In this document: positions 36,384-44,411 of the stretch, piece by piece
Layout: the number at the start of each line of letters is the position of its first letter
Numbering within the stretch: position 1 is the first letter of the stretch
Origin: a virus
IMG/VR virus record: IMGVR_UViG_3300020401_000014
Span: 32,001 to 96,000 of that record
DNA length: 64,000 nucleotides
Reading direction: 5' to 3' (one strand)
Position numbers and translations under genes: made by a program
The notes under the pieces: model-generated
Told to the model about the DNA's origin: nothing
The model's database searches: none
Seen by the model: only the letters and a program-made list of their open reading frames with translations

Positions 36384-36644
36384 ATGTTAAATACTTCAAA
36401 TAGAAATATCCCAACTCGCAGAGTCGAGTTTCTCAATGTCACTCTTCGCATCGTGCAGTCTTCAGTCGAAGACCCAACCGAAACGAGAGTTTTCAATACC
36501 AAGGTTTCGGCTGATCTTGACCAAGACCTTGACCACTTTTGGGCTTTGTCCGAAGCTCGTCGCCTAGAAGGCAACGCATGGAACACCGAAGAGGTTTCCG
36601 TTGAGCATTCATTCATTGACTCAACCGATCAATTCGTTTACTAA
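36384..36644 (+). CDS. hypothetical protein
   Basis: Own TTGACT...TAGAAT promoter. Confidence 0.7.
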   Translation: MLNTSNRNIPTRRVEFLNVTLRIVQSSVEDPTETRVFNTKVSADLDQDLDHFWALSEARRLEGNAWNTEEVSVEHSFIDSTDQFVY

Positions 36645-36832
36645 TGAGAATAATTGACATCGAACGAAACGAAAACCTGTCCGAGTGGCTCAATGTCCGA
36701 ATCTTTGGCAAGGTTGTAGAAACTGAAAAGTCGCTTGCTTTGGCAATGCAAAAAGCAAAAGAATTGCAAGCACGAGAAAAAGAAAACACTCGCACCCCTT
36801 TCATTATAATAGTAAAAGACAATGCAAAATAA
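36644..36832 (+). CDS. hypothetical protein
   Basis: TAATG coupling to the previous ORF. Confidence 0.7.
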   Translation: MRIIDIERNENLSEWLNVRIFGKVVETEKSLALAMQKAKELQAREKENTRTPFIIIVKDNAK

Positions 36833-37010
36833 AATAATCAAAGAAAAAATATCGAACCTCACCTCCACGCTTCAAGCTCTCACATTGCAAAAAATGAACG
36901 CTTTGAGAGTTGGCAACCGCAAGGAAGCTGAAGCAATTCAATCCGTACAAGTTGACATTGATAATAAGATTGTGCAACTTGAGAGAGCAATAAGACTCAT
37001 TAGATCATGA
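36822..37010 (+). CDS. small coiled-coil protein
   Basis: Overlapping operon ORF. Confidence 0.65.
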   Translation: MQNKIIKEKISNLTSTLQALTLQKMNALRVGNRKEAEAIQSVQVDIDNKIVQLERAIRLIRS

Positions 37011-37084
37011 CTTGGGACATTGTACTATTCTTGCCTTGGGTTGTAGTATTCTACTGCATGCACAAGAGCATTATAAGCTCTTGA
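37007..37084 (+). CDS. 25-aa hydrophobic peptide
   Basis: ATGA overlap; MTWDIVLFLPWVVVFYCMHKSIISS; stop codon inside a palindrome. Confidence 0.45.
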   Translation: MTWDIVLFLPWVVVFYCMHKSIISS

Positions 37085-37150
37085 TAATCAAGCTTTTAGG
37101 GCACGGCCGGCCTCCGGTTTTGACGTAAAACCTTGATAAACAACATCTTA
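37074..37150 (+). repeat. palindrome doublet 5
   Basis: TAAGCTCTTGATAATCAAGCTTTTA at 37074 and TAAAACCTTGATAAACAACATCTTA at 37126. Confidence 0.85.
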
Positions 37151-37224
37151 GGGTGATAGAATTGTGCAAAAAAGTAGTTGAAAGTTTTTCTTGACTTTTA
37201 GGCTTTGATATGTTACCTTAAGGT

Positions 37225-37407
37225 ATGATTAAATTAAATGATGTAGTTCGTGTCAAATATGGCACTCACAAGGGTAAAACCTTTCAAGTCGTGGGCTTCG
37301 CTCGCAAAGATAGCCTTGGCAAGTTAATCACTTGCAGGTTATACCGCTCTCAATATCGGTTTAACTTCATGCCTTGGCAAATTGAGATTCATCCTTTTTT
37401 TGCTTGA
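37225..37407 (+). CDS. KOW/SH3-like small protein
   Basis: LNDVVRVKYGTHKGKTFQVV KOW-like motif. Confidence 0.6.
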   Translation: MIKLNDVVRVKYGTHKGKTFQVVGFARKDSLGKLITCRLYRSQYRFNFMPWQIEIHPFFA

Positions 37408-37437
37408 CTTTCACTCTCCAAACCTTAGAATATAGTT

Positions 37438-37677
37438 ATGTTAGATCAAAATAGAAAATCTCAATTCCCTGAGCTAGATCTCTCGCTCGAAATGTCAAAG
37501 CTAGAAGGCAAGCTTCGTTTTCTTGCTACTTGCTCCGAAAAAGTCAGCGAATGGACTCCGAGCTTTACACAAGCCGAAACGATTCTCGAATCGCTTGGAC
37601 ATATCCAAGCCATAAGAAAAGACTTTGAAGAGTTGCAAGAGTTGCAACGCAAAAAATTGCTTGACTCCATCTCTTAA
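37438..37677 (+). CDS. hypothetical helical protein
   Basis: TTGACT..TAGAAT-6-ATG. Confidence 0.7.
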   Translation: MLDQNRKSQFPELDLSLEMSKLEGKLRFLATCSEKVSEWTPSFTQAETILESLGHIQAIRKDFEELQELQRKKLLDSIS

Positions 37678-37694
37678 CCTGTCATAATAGAATC

Positions 37695-37829
37695 ATGAAC
37701 GAAAGACAAAAAGAACTCACCCAAATCATTAACGAACACACTGAGCTTGCCGAACAAGGTTGCATTGAGTCGATGCAAATTGTGATCAATGCCCAAATAG
37801 AGCTTGACCAAATCACCGCAAACCAATAA
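37695..37829 (+). CDS. 44-aa helical protein
   Basis: MNERQKELTQIINEH...; own promoter; below the ORF-track cutoff. Confidence 0.6.
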   Translation: MNERQKELTQIINEHTELAEQGCIESMQIVINAQIELDQITANQ

Positions 37830-37912
37830 TGGAATTAGTCATTCTTGTAATCGTTTCGGGTTTGATCGGTGGCATTAAAGAATTGATCTATCCAACTCTA
37901 GAACGCAAGTAA
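37829..37912 (+). CDS. 27-aa membrane peptide
   Basis: TAATG coupling; MELVILVIVSGLIGGIKELIYPTLERK; stop codon inside a palindrome. Confidence 0.5.
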   Translation: MELVILVIVSGLIGGIKELIYPTLERK

Positions 37913-38025
37913 CTGATAGTCAAGCTTTTACGGCAAAGCCGGCCCCAAAAAATTACGTAAATACTTGATAAACAAAGTTTTACATAAAATAACATGGCCG
38001 CAAATCCCTGAATATCAGGGACTTA
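37906..38025 (+). repeat. palindrome doublet 6 plus a third site at the convergence point
   Basis: Sites at 37906, 37958 (+52) and 38001 (CAAATCCCTGAATATCAGGGACTTA). Confidence 0.85.
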
Positions 38026-38045
38026 CGCATGATTAAAAAATATGT

Positions 38046-38103
38046 TATTTGGCTATTTGGCTATTCTATTTGGCTATTTGGCTGTTCTATTTGGCTATTT
38101 GCC
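38046..38103. repeat. 21-bp tandem repeat (TATTTGGCTATTTGGCTRTTC) x2.8
   Basis: Read directly from the sequence; six TATTTGSC octamers. Confidence 0.85.
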
Positions 38104-38119
38104 TCTTCTAAATATATAA

Positions 38120-38329
38120 TTATACATAGTCGGCATGGGCGTATAACTTTCCTTCTGTATAGTTAGCTTTTCTTGTTATGTCAACAAAGTTTCTCGCCTT
38201 GACATTTGCTTCTACGCAAGCTTTGCCCAATACTTTCTCATCACTCTCTAATACTCTTCTTGCACAGACTTCTGCGATGATAGGAACTTTGTCGTTGGAT
38301 AATGTTAAGATAAATTTTGTTTTGTTCAT
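38120..38329 (-). CDS. hypothetical protein
   Basis: TTGACT-16-TATAAT-6-ATG. Confidence 0.7.
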   Translation of the reverse strand: MNKTKFILTLSNDKVPIIAEVCARRVLESDEKVLGKACVEANVKARNFVDITRKANYTEGKLYAHADYV

Positions 38330-38352
38330 GGCTTAATTATATCAGATTGAGA

Positions 38353-39087
38353 TTAAGAGTCAATACCTTCTTGCACAAAACCTGTCGCATCCTTCTTTGC
38401 CATACCTTTTTCGATAAGCCCGACAACAACGCCACGCTTGTCAAGGAAACGCAAATCCGTGTCATCACCATTGACAACTTCGTAGCCTTTCCAAGTTTTG
38501 GGCAACTGATTGCGAAATACCACGGCAACATTACCGCCCATCGCAAGAACCATTTCACACTTGGCATCATTGTTTTCGCTACGAGAGAAGGTCAAGTGAT
38601 AATTGGAAGGAAACTTTTCGCCTTTGATAAAAGGCTTGCCAAGAAAGTTGCTCATTCTTTTGAACGACTTTGTATAATCATAGAATTGAGTTTTGCCAAA
38701 CTTCTCAAAGATAGTAACACCATCCTCATTAATCTCATTCTCCCAACTGATGTCGCTCGTAAGGTTTAAACGAAATACCGCTTGCATTTCCTTTTTGAGA
38801 GAGCTTTTGATGGTCGAAGTAATCTCTTTGGACAACTTAGTAAAGAAGTCCATTTTTTGCTCAAAGAATAGCTTTGTCTTGGCAATGCGTGATTGCTGAA
38901 CGCTATTCATTTGCCCACGACCAGCCGTGTTGAGACATGACATTGTGCAACCTTTAGAACGCCAACGGCAAACTTCATAGCCTGCAAGATTGGCGGGGGC
39001 AAGATGAATGCCTTTCGTGATGTAACCCATTTTCTCGCCCTTGAGAATTTTTTGGTTACCTGATGTGAGAAGAGTTGTTTTAATCAT
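38353..39087 (-). CDS. GP88-like Cys-motif phage protein
   Basis: LAPA..AGYEVC.W.S.GC..SCL..AGRG, RLNLTSD, FYDYTK, GDDTDLRFLD. Confidence 0.65.
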   Translation of the reverse strand: MIKTTLLTSGNQKILKGEKMGYITKGIHLAPANLAGYEVCRWRSKGCTMSCLNTAGRGQMNSVQQSRIAKTKLFFEQKMDFFTKLSKEITSTIKSSLKKEMQAVFRLNLTSDISWENEINEDGVTIFEKFGKTQFYDYTKSFKRMSNFLGKPFIKGEKFPSNYHLTFSRSENNDAKCEMVLAMGGNVAVVFRNQLPKTWKGYEVVNGDDTDLRFLDKRGVVVGLIEKGMAKKDATGFVQEGIDS

Positions 39088-39110
39088 GATACTATACTAA
39101 TGGAAATAAA

Positions 39111-39527
39111 TTAATCTGTCAAGCCCCGAATAGCCTCAACCAAAACTTTGTCTTGATAAAGTTTGCAAATACTAGCAAACCATCTTGGCTTCTTGTTTTT
39201 GACATCAACAAAAGACTCGTACTTGTAAGGATTGTATGTTATCTCAACGAAGTCAACCCATCCATGCCATACGGTGTCTTCATAAAATCTAAGGTAACCT
39301 GAAATACCGGCATGAACATTCTTGCTCTTTTCACGAAGCACACGCTCACGACCTTTTTGGTTTACTTTCATTGTTGCTGAATATATAGCAATTGGAGATC
39401 CATCCGAATGAGCTTTAACTAGTCCATCCTGGCGAATGCTCCAACAATCTTTGTGAAGGTTTTTATATACAAACACCTTGCGATCATAGTCGATGTTATA
39501 GCGAGAGTCGTTTTTTGTTCTAATCAT
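39111..39527 (-). CDS. conserved phage protein
   Basis: VYKNLHKDCWSIR...GRERVLREK.KNVHA motif. Confidence 0.8.
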   Translation of the reverse strand: MIRTKNDSRYNIDYDRKVFVYKNLHKDCWSIRQDGLVKAHSDGSPIAIYSATMKVNQKGRERVLREKSKNVHAGISGYLRFYEDTVWHGWVDFVEITYNPYKYESFVDVKNKKPRWFASICKLYQDKVLVEAIRGLTD

Positions 39528-39579
39528 ACATATATAATAACATATAGAGCCCGTATGTCAAGCCTTTTTTATCTTTTCG

Positions 39580-39656
39580 CAAGTGTATGATTGTCAAGGT
39601 TTTGCGTAAAAACTTTGGGCCGGCAGTTACCTAAAATGTTGCAAACCAACAACTTA
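39580..39656 (-). repeat. palindrome doublet 7 (inverted orientation)
   Basis: Sites at 39580 and 39632; GCCGGCCC spacer reads on the minus strand. Confidence 0.8.
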
Positions 39657-39678
39657 TAACTTAAGAAATTTAACTAAT

Positions 39679-39708
39679 AAAAAAACCCTTGGTTTCCCAA
39701 GGGTTTTT
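39679..39708 (-). terminator. intrinsic terminator
   Basis: AAAAAAACCCTTGG-TTTC-CCAAGGGTTTTT hairpin flanked by A/T tracts. Confidence 0.8.
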
Positions 39709-39732
39709 GAGGTTAGGCTAAGCCTATCCGAG

Positions 39733-39960
39733 TTAAGCGCCCGCACGCTTGAAAAAGCGTGAGGCAACTTTTGCACGGATAACCTTTGCACGATTAACAC
39801 GACGCTCGCCTCCATTGGTATCCTTAAAGCGGATAACCTTGGAGTTGTAGTCATGAACTTTAGCTGAGTAAAGCTCACGCTTGAGACCATTCTTGAGGAG
39901 AACGGATACAAACCGACCTTTGCGTGCGTCTAGGACTTCGTTGATGTTACGACATTTCAT
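39733..39960 (-). CDS. small beta-rich protein
   Basis: Strong codon bias; directly upstream of the terminator. Confidence 0.7.
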   Translation of the reverse strand: MKCRNINEVLDARKGRFVSVLLKNGLKRELYSAKVHDYNSKVIRFKDTNGGERRVNRAKVIRAKVASRFFKRAGA

Positions 39961-39991
39961 GATATGTAGTTCCTTTGGTTGATGGTTAAAG

Positions 39992-40789
39992 TTAAGCTAC
40001 AAGCTCGACCTGCTCGACTCCTGCGATAGGATCGAAAGCATTGTGAAAGATTTCAGAGCGTTTGGGCAAGTGCATGACATTGCGTCCTTTGCTCACTTCC
40101 GTGAAAGCATTGTACAATGAATTGAGATTGCGGTCTTGGAAAACCTTGTGATCGGAATCTTTCCATTGCTCCCATGCTTGAGCAAGAGTAGACTGACCAA
40201 TAAGATTAGTCTTGATACCCGCCTCGTAGACATCGAAAATAAGATGTTGAGCTTCACGATCGTTGAGTGCAACCTCCTTGTAAGAGTCAACTCTCTTGTT
40301 TTGATGCGTCCACATTGGAATAAGATGCTCGGTGATCTTTTCTACACGCTGAAGAAGTTCTTTGCGGACTTCGCCAACATGCTTGCGAGTGAATACAACA
40401 TCGTTGTGGAATACGAGGTTGTCACAAATGAATGGTGCATCACCCGCACACAATCCCGCTGCGAAAAGTTTGTCATGCGAATTACGCATTCCAACTACGC
40501 AACCACGCTCCTTGCCGTTGTCGGCAATCTCTGCGTGATGAACTTGAAACATTCCAAAGTAGTGTTCACCCGCTTTGGTCAAGTTGTGGCATTCGTTTAC
40601 GATCTCGAAACCTTTTTCTTCAAGAGTGTTGCGAGTAACATCGACAACGCTTGCATGAGGCACAGGCTTCCAACGATTAGTTTCCTTTGGAGTAGGAACT
40701 CTGCGGACAGAATCCATGTCCACGACATTTGATTTTGAGCCACAAATCCGAAGATTGAGGCGTGGAATTTCATAGGTTGTTTCTAACAT
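39992..40789 (-). CDS. DUF932-family protein
   Basis: WKPVPH, RNSHDK...G...F.CDN...RKH motifs. Confidence 0.8.
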   Translation of the reverse strand: MLETTYEIPRLNLRICGSKSNVVDMDSVRRVPTPKETNRWKPVPHASVVDVTRNTLEEKGFEIVNECHNLTKAGEHYFGMFQVHHAEIADNGKERGCVVGMRNSHDKLFAAGLCAGDAPFICDNLVFHNDVVFTRKHVGEVRKELLQRVEKITEHLIPMWTHQNKRVDSYKEVALNDREAQHLIFDVYEAGIKTNLIGQSTLAQAWEQWKDSDHKVFQDRNLNSLYNAFTEVSKGRNVMHLPKRSEIFHNAFDPIAGVEQVELVA

Positions 40790-40859
40790 AATTTTTTAAG
40801 TTTAGGATTTTTGATTGTTATGATATAAGTATAAGTTAATATATAGCAAAAGTCAAGCA

Positions 40860-41129
40860 TTAATTTTGCGAATTCTTGTTTTGTGTGATGCCATACTGAA
40901 GGTCTTCCCAAGCTTGGGCTTTCTTGGCAATAATGTTAAGAGCAAACTTGATATGCATAAGAGTCTCTTGTTGTTCTTCGTCAAGCTCTCCGCTTGCAAG
41001 TGCGGGAACAATAAACCAATCACCCAATACATCGGTGACTGCATCCATTGCCTTTGTTGCACTGATATCTGATGCTGAAAAGATATCTTCGTTTTCGTCG
41101 TTGTTAGTGAAGTCTTTCTCAATCCTCAT
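40860..41129 (-). CDS. hypothetical acidic protein
   Basis: ATG 41129 follows a -10-like box. Confidence 0.6.
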   Translation of the reverse strand: MRIEKDFTNNDENEDIFSASDISATKAMDAVTDVLGDWFIVPALASGELDEEQQETLMHIKFALNIIAKKAQAWEDLQYGITQNKNSQN

Positions 41130-41201
41130 ACATATAATTATGACAGGTTCTGAGCTAATTGCAAGCATAAAATGACTAGTAAATGCATTTTTTTCAGTAC
41201 T

Positions 41202-41278
41202 TAAGTGCTTGATAACCAAGGTTTTGCGCCAAAACCGGAAGGCCCAAATCCCCCAAAAGCTTGGGGGATAAGGACTTA
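41202..41278 (-). repeat. palindrome doublet 8
   Basis: TAAGTGCTTGATAACCAAGGTTTTG at 41202 and CAAAAGCTTGGGGGATAAGGACTTA at 41254. Confidence 0.8.
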
Positions 41279-41289
41279 GGGAAGGGTTT

Positions 41290-41448
41290 TTAGAAAACCC
41301 TTTTTTCTAATTTGTAGAGCTTTTCTAACATGGAATCATGCAATTTTCTTTTCTCTACAAAATCTTCGCAATAAGCACCCGAAGACTCAGCAAGCATTAG
41401 CTCAAAGCCAAGCTCCCGAATGCTTTTTTTCAACGCTTCGATGTTCAT
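41290..41448 (-). CDS. 52-aa helical protein
   Basis: MNIEALKKSIRELGFEL...; manual translation. Confidence 0.55.
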   Translation of the reverse strand: MNIEALKKSIRELGFELMLAESSGAYCEDFVEKRKLHDSMLEKLYKLEKRVF

Positions 41449-41449
41449 G

Positions 41450-41680
41450 TTATACCTTTGCGAGAGCTTTCACACGATCATACCTAAAAGAGCGAATGCC
41501 CTTTCTGTTGTGGCAGAACGCACGAAACCCGACAACATTACGACCTTCGTGATTGTTCCCAAACTCGTAGTCATGCTGAGGTTTGTTGATGGTATAACTT
41601 TCCGTTCTTCCATCTTCAGTAGTATATACCACTTGATACTTAGGAGAGAACAGGTTCTTGATTTTGCTTAGTAGCTTCAT
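41450..41680 (-). CDS. stand-alone WYL-like domain protein
   Basis: VVY..EDG..E...I.KP...FRAFCHNRKGIRSFRYDRV. Confidence 0.6.
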   Translation of the reverse strand: MKLLSKIKNLFSPKYQVVYTTEDGRTESYTINKPQHDYEFGNNHEGRNVVGFRAFCHNRKGIRSFRYDRVKALAKV

Positions 41681-41912
41681 AAGCGATCCTTTCGTTTTGG
41701 ATTTGTTCTAGTTGATTGAGAACTGCTTGACATTGATCATGCGTCTCGTAATGTAAAGTAATTAGATCGGGGTATTCGTTTTCACCCCTTCTGTACCAAT
41801 CGGGCAAACGCTCCTCGAAGTACATTTCCCAAAGCCCTGACTCTTCATTAAAAGTGGGTTTGTCGAGAGGTGGTAACTCGCAGTTTTCTTGAATGTATTC
41901 TAAATTTAACAT
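41640..41912 (-). CDS. hypothetical protein
   Basis: ORF with an upstream TTGACT promoter. Confidence 0.65.
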   Translation of the reverse strand: MLNLEYIQENCELPPLDKPTFNEESGLWEMYFEERLPDWYRRGENEYPDLITLHYETHDQCQAVLNQLEQIQNERIAYEATKQNQEPVLS

Positions 41913-41935
41913 GATATAATTCTCTCAAAAATAGA

Positions 41936-42121
41936 CTAAGAAGTCAAGCCTTTTTTTGCTTCTTGAGCTTTTTTTACCTTTTGCGTGACCATCACATTTG
42001 GATTGTTGATGTGTGGGACAAGTGGCTTTGCTCCTGTGTGAGACTGTTGCTTTGCCTTTTTATATAAATCCAAGTGTTGTTCTTGACTTGGCACTCCTCT
42101 TTCTCTGTTTCTTTTACCCAT
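41936..42121 (-). CDS. small basic protein
   Basis: Coupled ORF. Confidence 0.45.
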   Translation of the reverse strand: MGKRNRERGVPSQEQHLDLYKKAKQQSHTGAKPLVPHINNPNVMVTQKVKKAQEAKKGLTS

Positions 42122-42317
42122 TTTTGGCTTCCTCTATGATTTGTTCTAGTTGTGCAAGCACGGACTTTTTGTTGCCTTTAAGTCCAAACTCGCTTTTGAC
42201 GATTGAATATGCTGATTGACCTCTTCGCTTCATTCCAAGACACTCTAGCTTGAGTGCGGATCTGAGGCTAAGAATTCTATATAGTTCTATATGTTCGGAT
42301 GTGTCTAATGCTATCAT
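42114..42317 (-). CDS. conserved phage protein
   Basis: LRSALKLECLGMKRRGQSAYSIVK motif. Confidence 0.7.
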   Translation of the reverse strand: MIALDTSEHIELYRILSLRSALKLECLGMKRRGQSAYSIVKSEFGLKGNKKSVLAQLEQIIEEAKNG

Positions 42318-42323
42318 AATGTT

Positions 42324-42548
42324 TTAGATGTTTGCTGATTGAAAAGATGCTTCTATTCTACGCTCATCTCGCAAACTTGTCAAGTCTGAAATGATGTCAT
42401 CTAAGACTTCATCGAATGACTGAAAAGTACTGCCGAGCGGAAACTTGTCGGGGTGGCGTTCGTGTTGGTCAAGGCAAACCTTGGACATTGGATCTGCCCA
42501 AGCAAGATTTCCCTTAACGATTTGGATTACTAATTCTGCTTCTGTCAT
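42324..42548 (-). CDS. hypothetical protein
   Basis: TTGACA-17-TAGTAT-6-ATG. Confidence 0.75.
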   Translation of the reverse strand: MTEAELVIQIVKGNLAWADPMSKVCLDQHERHPDKFPLGSTFQSFDEVLDDIISDLTSLRDERRIEASFQSANI

Positions 42549-42782
42549 GGTATAATACTAAGCTAGTTTGAAATATATGTCAACCACTAAATCCAAGAAA
42601 ATGAACGATTGCGATATATATAAAGATGATTAATGCTGCTAGTGCGAATGTTTGTTGGTATGTCATGGTAAATTGGTAGGATTTTTTTGACAAATCAGGA
42701 ATCCCATAAACCTGTTAATTAGCTAGTTTGGATTTTCTACTTACTAATTTCAGCTACTCATCCGCTATACTAAAGTGTGAAC

Positions 42783-42858
42783 CTCTTTCTCTCTCCCGAA
42801 GGTTGTAGGCGTGTGCTGACGCCTCGTTGTTCAATGCTTTCGCATCTACAGAAAGAGC
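42783..42858 (-). ncRNA. structured multibranch RNA directly 3' of the tRNA-like element
   Basis: 8-bp CTCTTTCT/AGAAAGAG stem enclosing ATGC-GAAA-GCAT, AGGCGT-CAGCAC-ACGCCT and CC-TTCG-GG hairpins. Confidence 0.45.
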
Positions 42859-42991
42859 AGTCCCCTGCAGGATTCGAACCTGCGTTTCCTACATCCTCAT
42901 CGGATTACTCCTTACCAATGATCAGTTGGCTACAGACTAACTAGTATCCTGTTGTGGAGTGGCGTCCTAGGCCGTACTAGACGAAGGGGAC
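42859..42991 (-). tRNA. tRNA-like RNA (Glu-type scaffold) with a ~60-nt expanded anticodon arm
   Basis: Perfect 7-bp acceptor GTCCCCT/AGGGGAC, D arm GTCTAGTACGGCCTAGGAC, T arm GCAGG-TTCGAAT-CCTGC; 133 nt; no encoded CCA. Confidence 0.8.
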
Positions 42992-43073
42992 ACAAATTGA
43001 AATTGATTATCAAAAGAACTATATATCATTATGACAGAAAAACGCTCCGTGTCAACACTTTTTTTTCGTTACC

Positions 43074-43209
43074 TAAATCGTTGGCGCAGAAGAAAATAGG
43101 AAAAATATATAAAACCTTTAAAAAAACTTTCGTAAGTCGTTGGCGCAGAAGAAAATACAACAAATCTCAGTGGGCGATTTTCCATAAGTTGTTGATAATC
43201 AACTACCTT
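43074..43209. repeat. palindrome doublet 9 plus a degenerate third site
   Basis: Sites at 43074, 43133 and 43185 (43133 to 43185 = 52). Confidence 0.7.
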
Positions 43210-43383
43210 GGTCGCCGCCTCAAGTTAAAATAAATTCATAAGTATAATATTTGTCACTTTATTATTTACAATTATATAATTCACAATATTTATATTTGTC
43301 TTATTTACCATTCCTGTATTGCTAATTTAATTCCTGCTATTGCTCCTATTGCTAGTATTAATAATATCTCCATATAATATATG

Positions 43384-43995
43384 TTATGTTGTTTTGGAAT
43401 ACTGTTTCCATATCTCTAGGTCAAGATCGGTAACTGACTTACCAAGTATGCGAGCAATGTTTTTAAAGATGTTTGCAAAATAGAAGTATGTATTCTCGTT
43501 TTGTGGCGTGCTTTTGGGTGCATCCTTGTAACCCTGATCCCTAAGGAAACTAAGTATATGAGTATCGAGCATCGGCTCGTCGAAATCCTCACGAGAGTGA
43601 GAAAGAAAAAATCTTGCGGTTTTTAGCCCAATACCACGAACCTGAAGAAGGCGTGCCAAGGATACTGTGCGCAGGTCTCCAAGCTTGAGAACATCGCAAT
43701 AACTGTTGTAGCGTTGCTTGTATGGACTGATTGCTGCCCAATGCATGATCTCCATCAGGCGATTGTCGCCATCAAGACGATTGCCATGCCAAGTGCGTCG
43801 CATATGTTTAAGCTTGTTCATGCCATCAAACGGAGCGTTGTGCCCTGTAATGTTTTGAACTCGCTCTAGAAATACTTCTAGCTTCGGAGCTTCTACTGCA
43901 GACTTCTTGCCCGCGACATTAATACAAAACAATAAAAACTCTTGTAGTTCTGATTGTGTGCGATTATAATTTGTTACTTCTGCTGGATTTATCAT
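43384..43995 (-). CDS. HhH DNA glycosylase-like protein (OGG/AP-lyase-like)
   Basis: LLQVRGIGLKTARFFL HhH motif and LDTHIL. Confidence 0.75.
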   Translation of the reverse strand: MINPAEVTNYNRTQSELQEFLLFCINVAGKKSAVEAPKLEVFLERVQNITGHNAPFDGMNKLKHMRRTWHGNRLDGDNRLMEIMHWAAISPYKQRYNSYCDVLKLGDLRTVSLARLLQVRGIGLKTARFFLSHSREDFDEPMLDTHILSFLRDQGYKDAPKSTPQNENTYFYFANIFKNIARILGKSVTDLDLEIWKQYSKTT

Positions 43996-44144
43996 AATGC
44001 TTTATCTACGATCTTTGCGAGTCGAAGGAGTTCTGTTCTAGCTTCTCTTTTTGCTGTAAAAGCTGCGTTTTCATTTTCAAGGACTGCGATGTATATCTTA
44101 ACGCAAGCCTCCCAAGTTGGTGTGATATCTATTGTTTCTGTCAT
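43992..44144 (-). CDS. 50-aa protein
   Basis: MTETIDITPTWEACVKI; TTGACA-17-TAGTAT-6-ATG; ATGA coupling. Confidence 0.7.
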   Translation of the reverse strand: MTETIDITPTWEACVKIYIAVLENENAAFTAKREARTELLRLAKIVDKAL

Positions 44145-44153
44145 GATATAATA

Positions 44154-44411
44154 CTAGTTGAATTTGTAGTCTGTGTCAACATAAATGTGTTGCCCGCCAT
44201 ATAAACAATCTGCAATATATACATCTAAATATTTTAATTGTTGCTTTGCTTTAAGTGGATATCCTCTTTTCAATAATAATCTAATCAATTCAACTCTATG
44301 TTGTATGTCTTGTTTTTGATTATATTCTAATCTATGACTATTATCTACTACTAAATCAGCAATATCTAATAAGCCATACTCTACTGCATCGTGTTCTGCT
44401 TTATACTTCAT
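44154..44411 (-). CDS. hypothetical protein
   Basis: AT-rich ORF. Confidence 0.55.
   Translation of the reverse strand: MKYKAEHDAVEYGLLDIADLVVDNSHRLEYNQKQDIQHRVELIRLLLKRGYPLKAKQQLKYLDVYIADCLYGGQHIYVDTDYKFN

Noticed and set aside
39654-39911. Alternative minus-strand ORF ending in a palindrome
   Set aside because: Overlaps the better-supported ORF 39733-39960 and crosses a terminator
42783-42858. Theta/HDV-like or hammerhead ribozyme assignment
   Set aside because: Could not thread P3/L3/P1.1 or a CUGANGA/GAAA core by hand; left unassigned
33605-43209. Palindromic repeats as a CRISPR array
   Set aside because: Units are degenerate, occur in pairs, and are separated by whole genes of variable length; no cas genes are present
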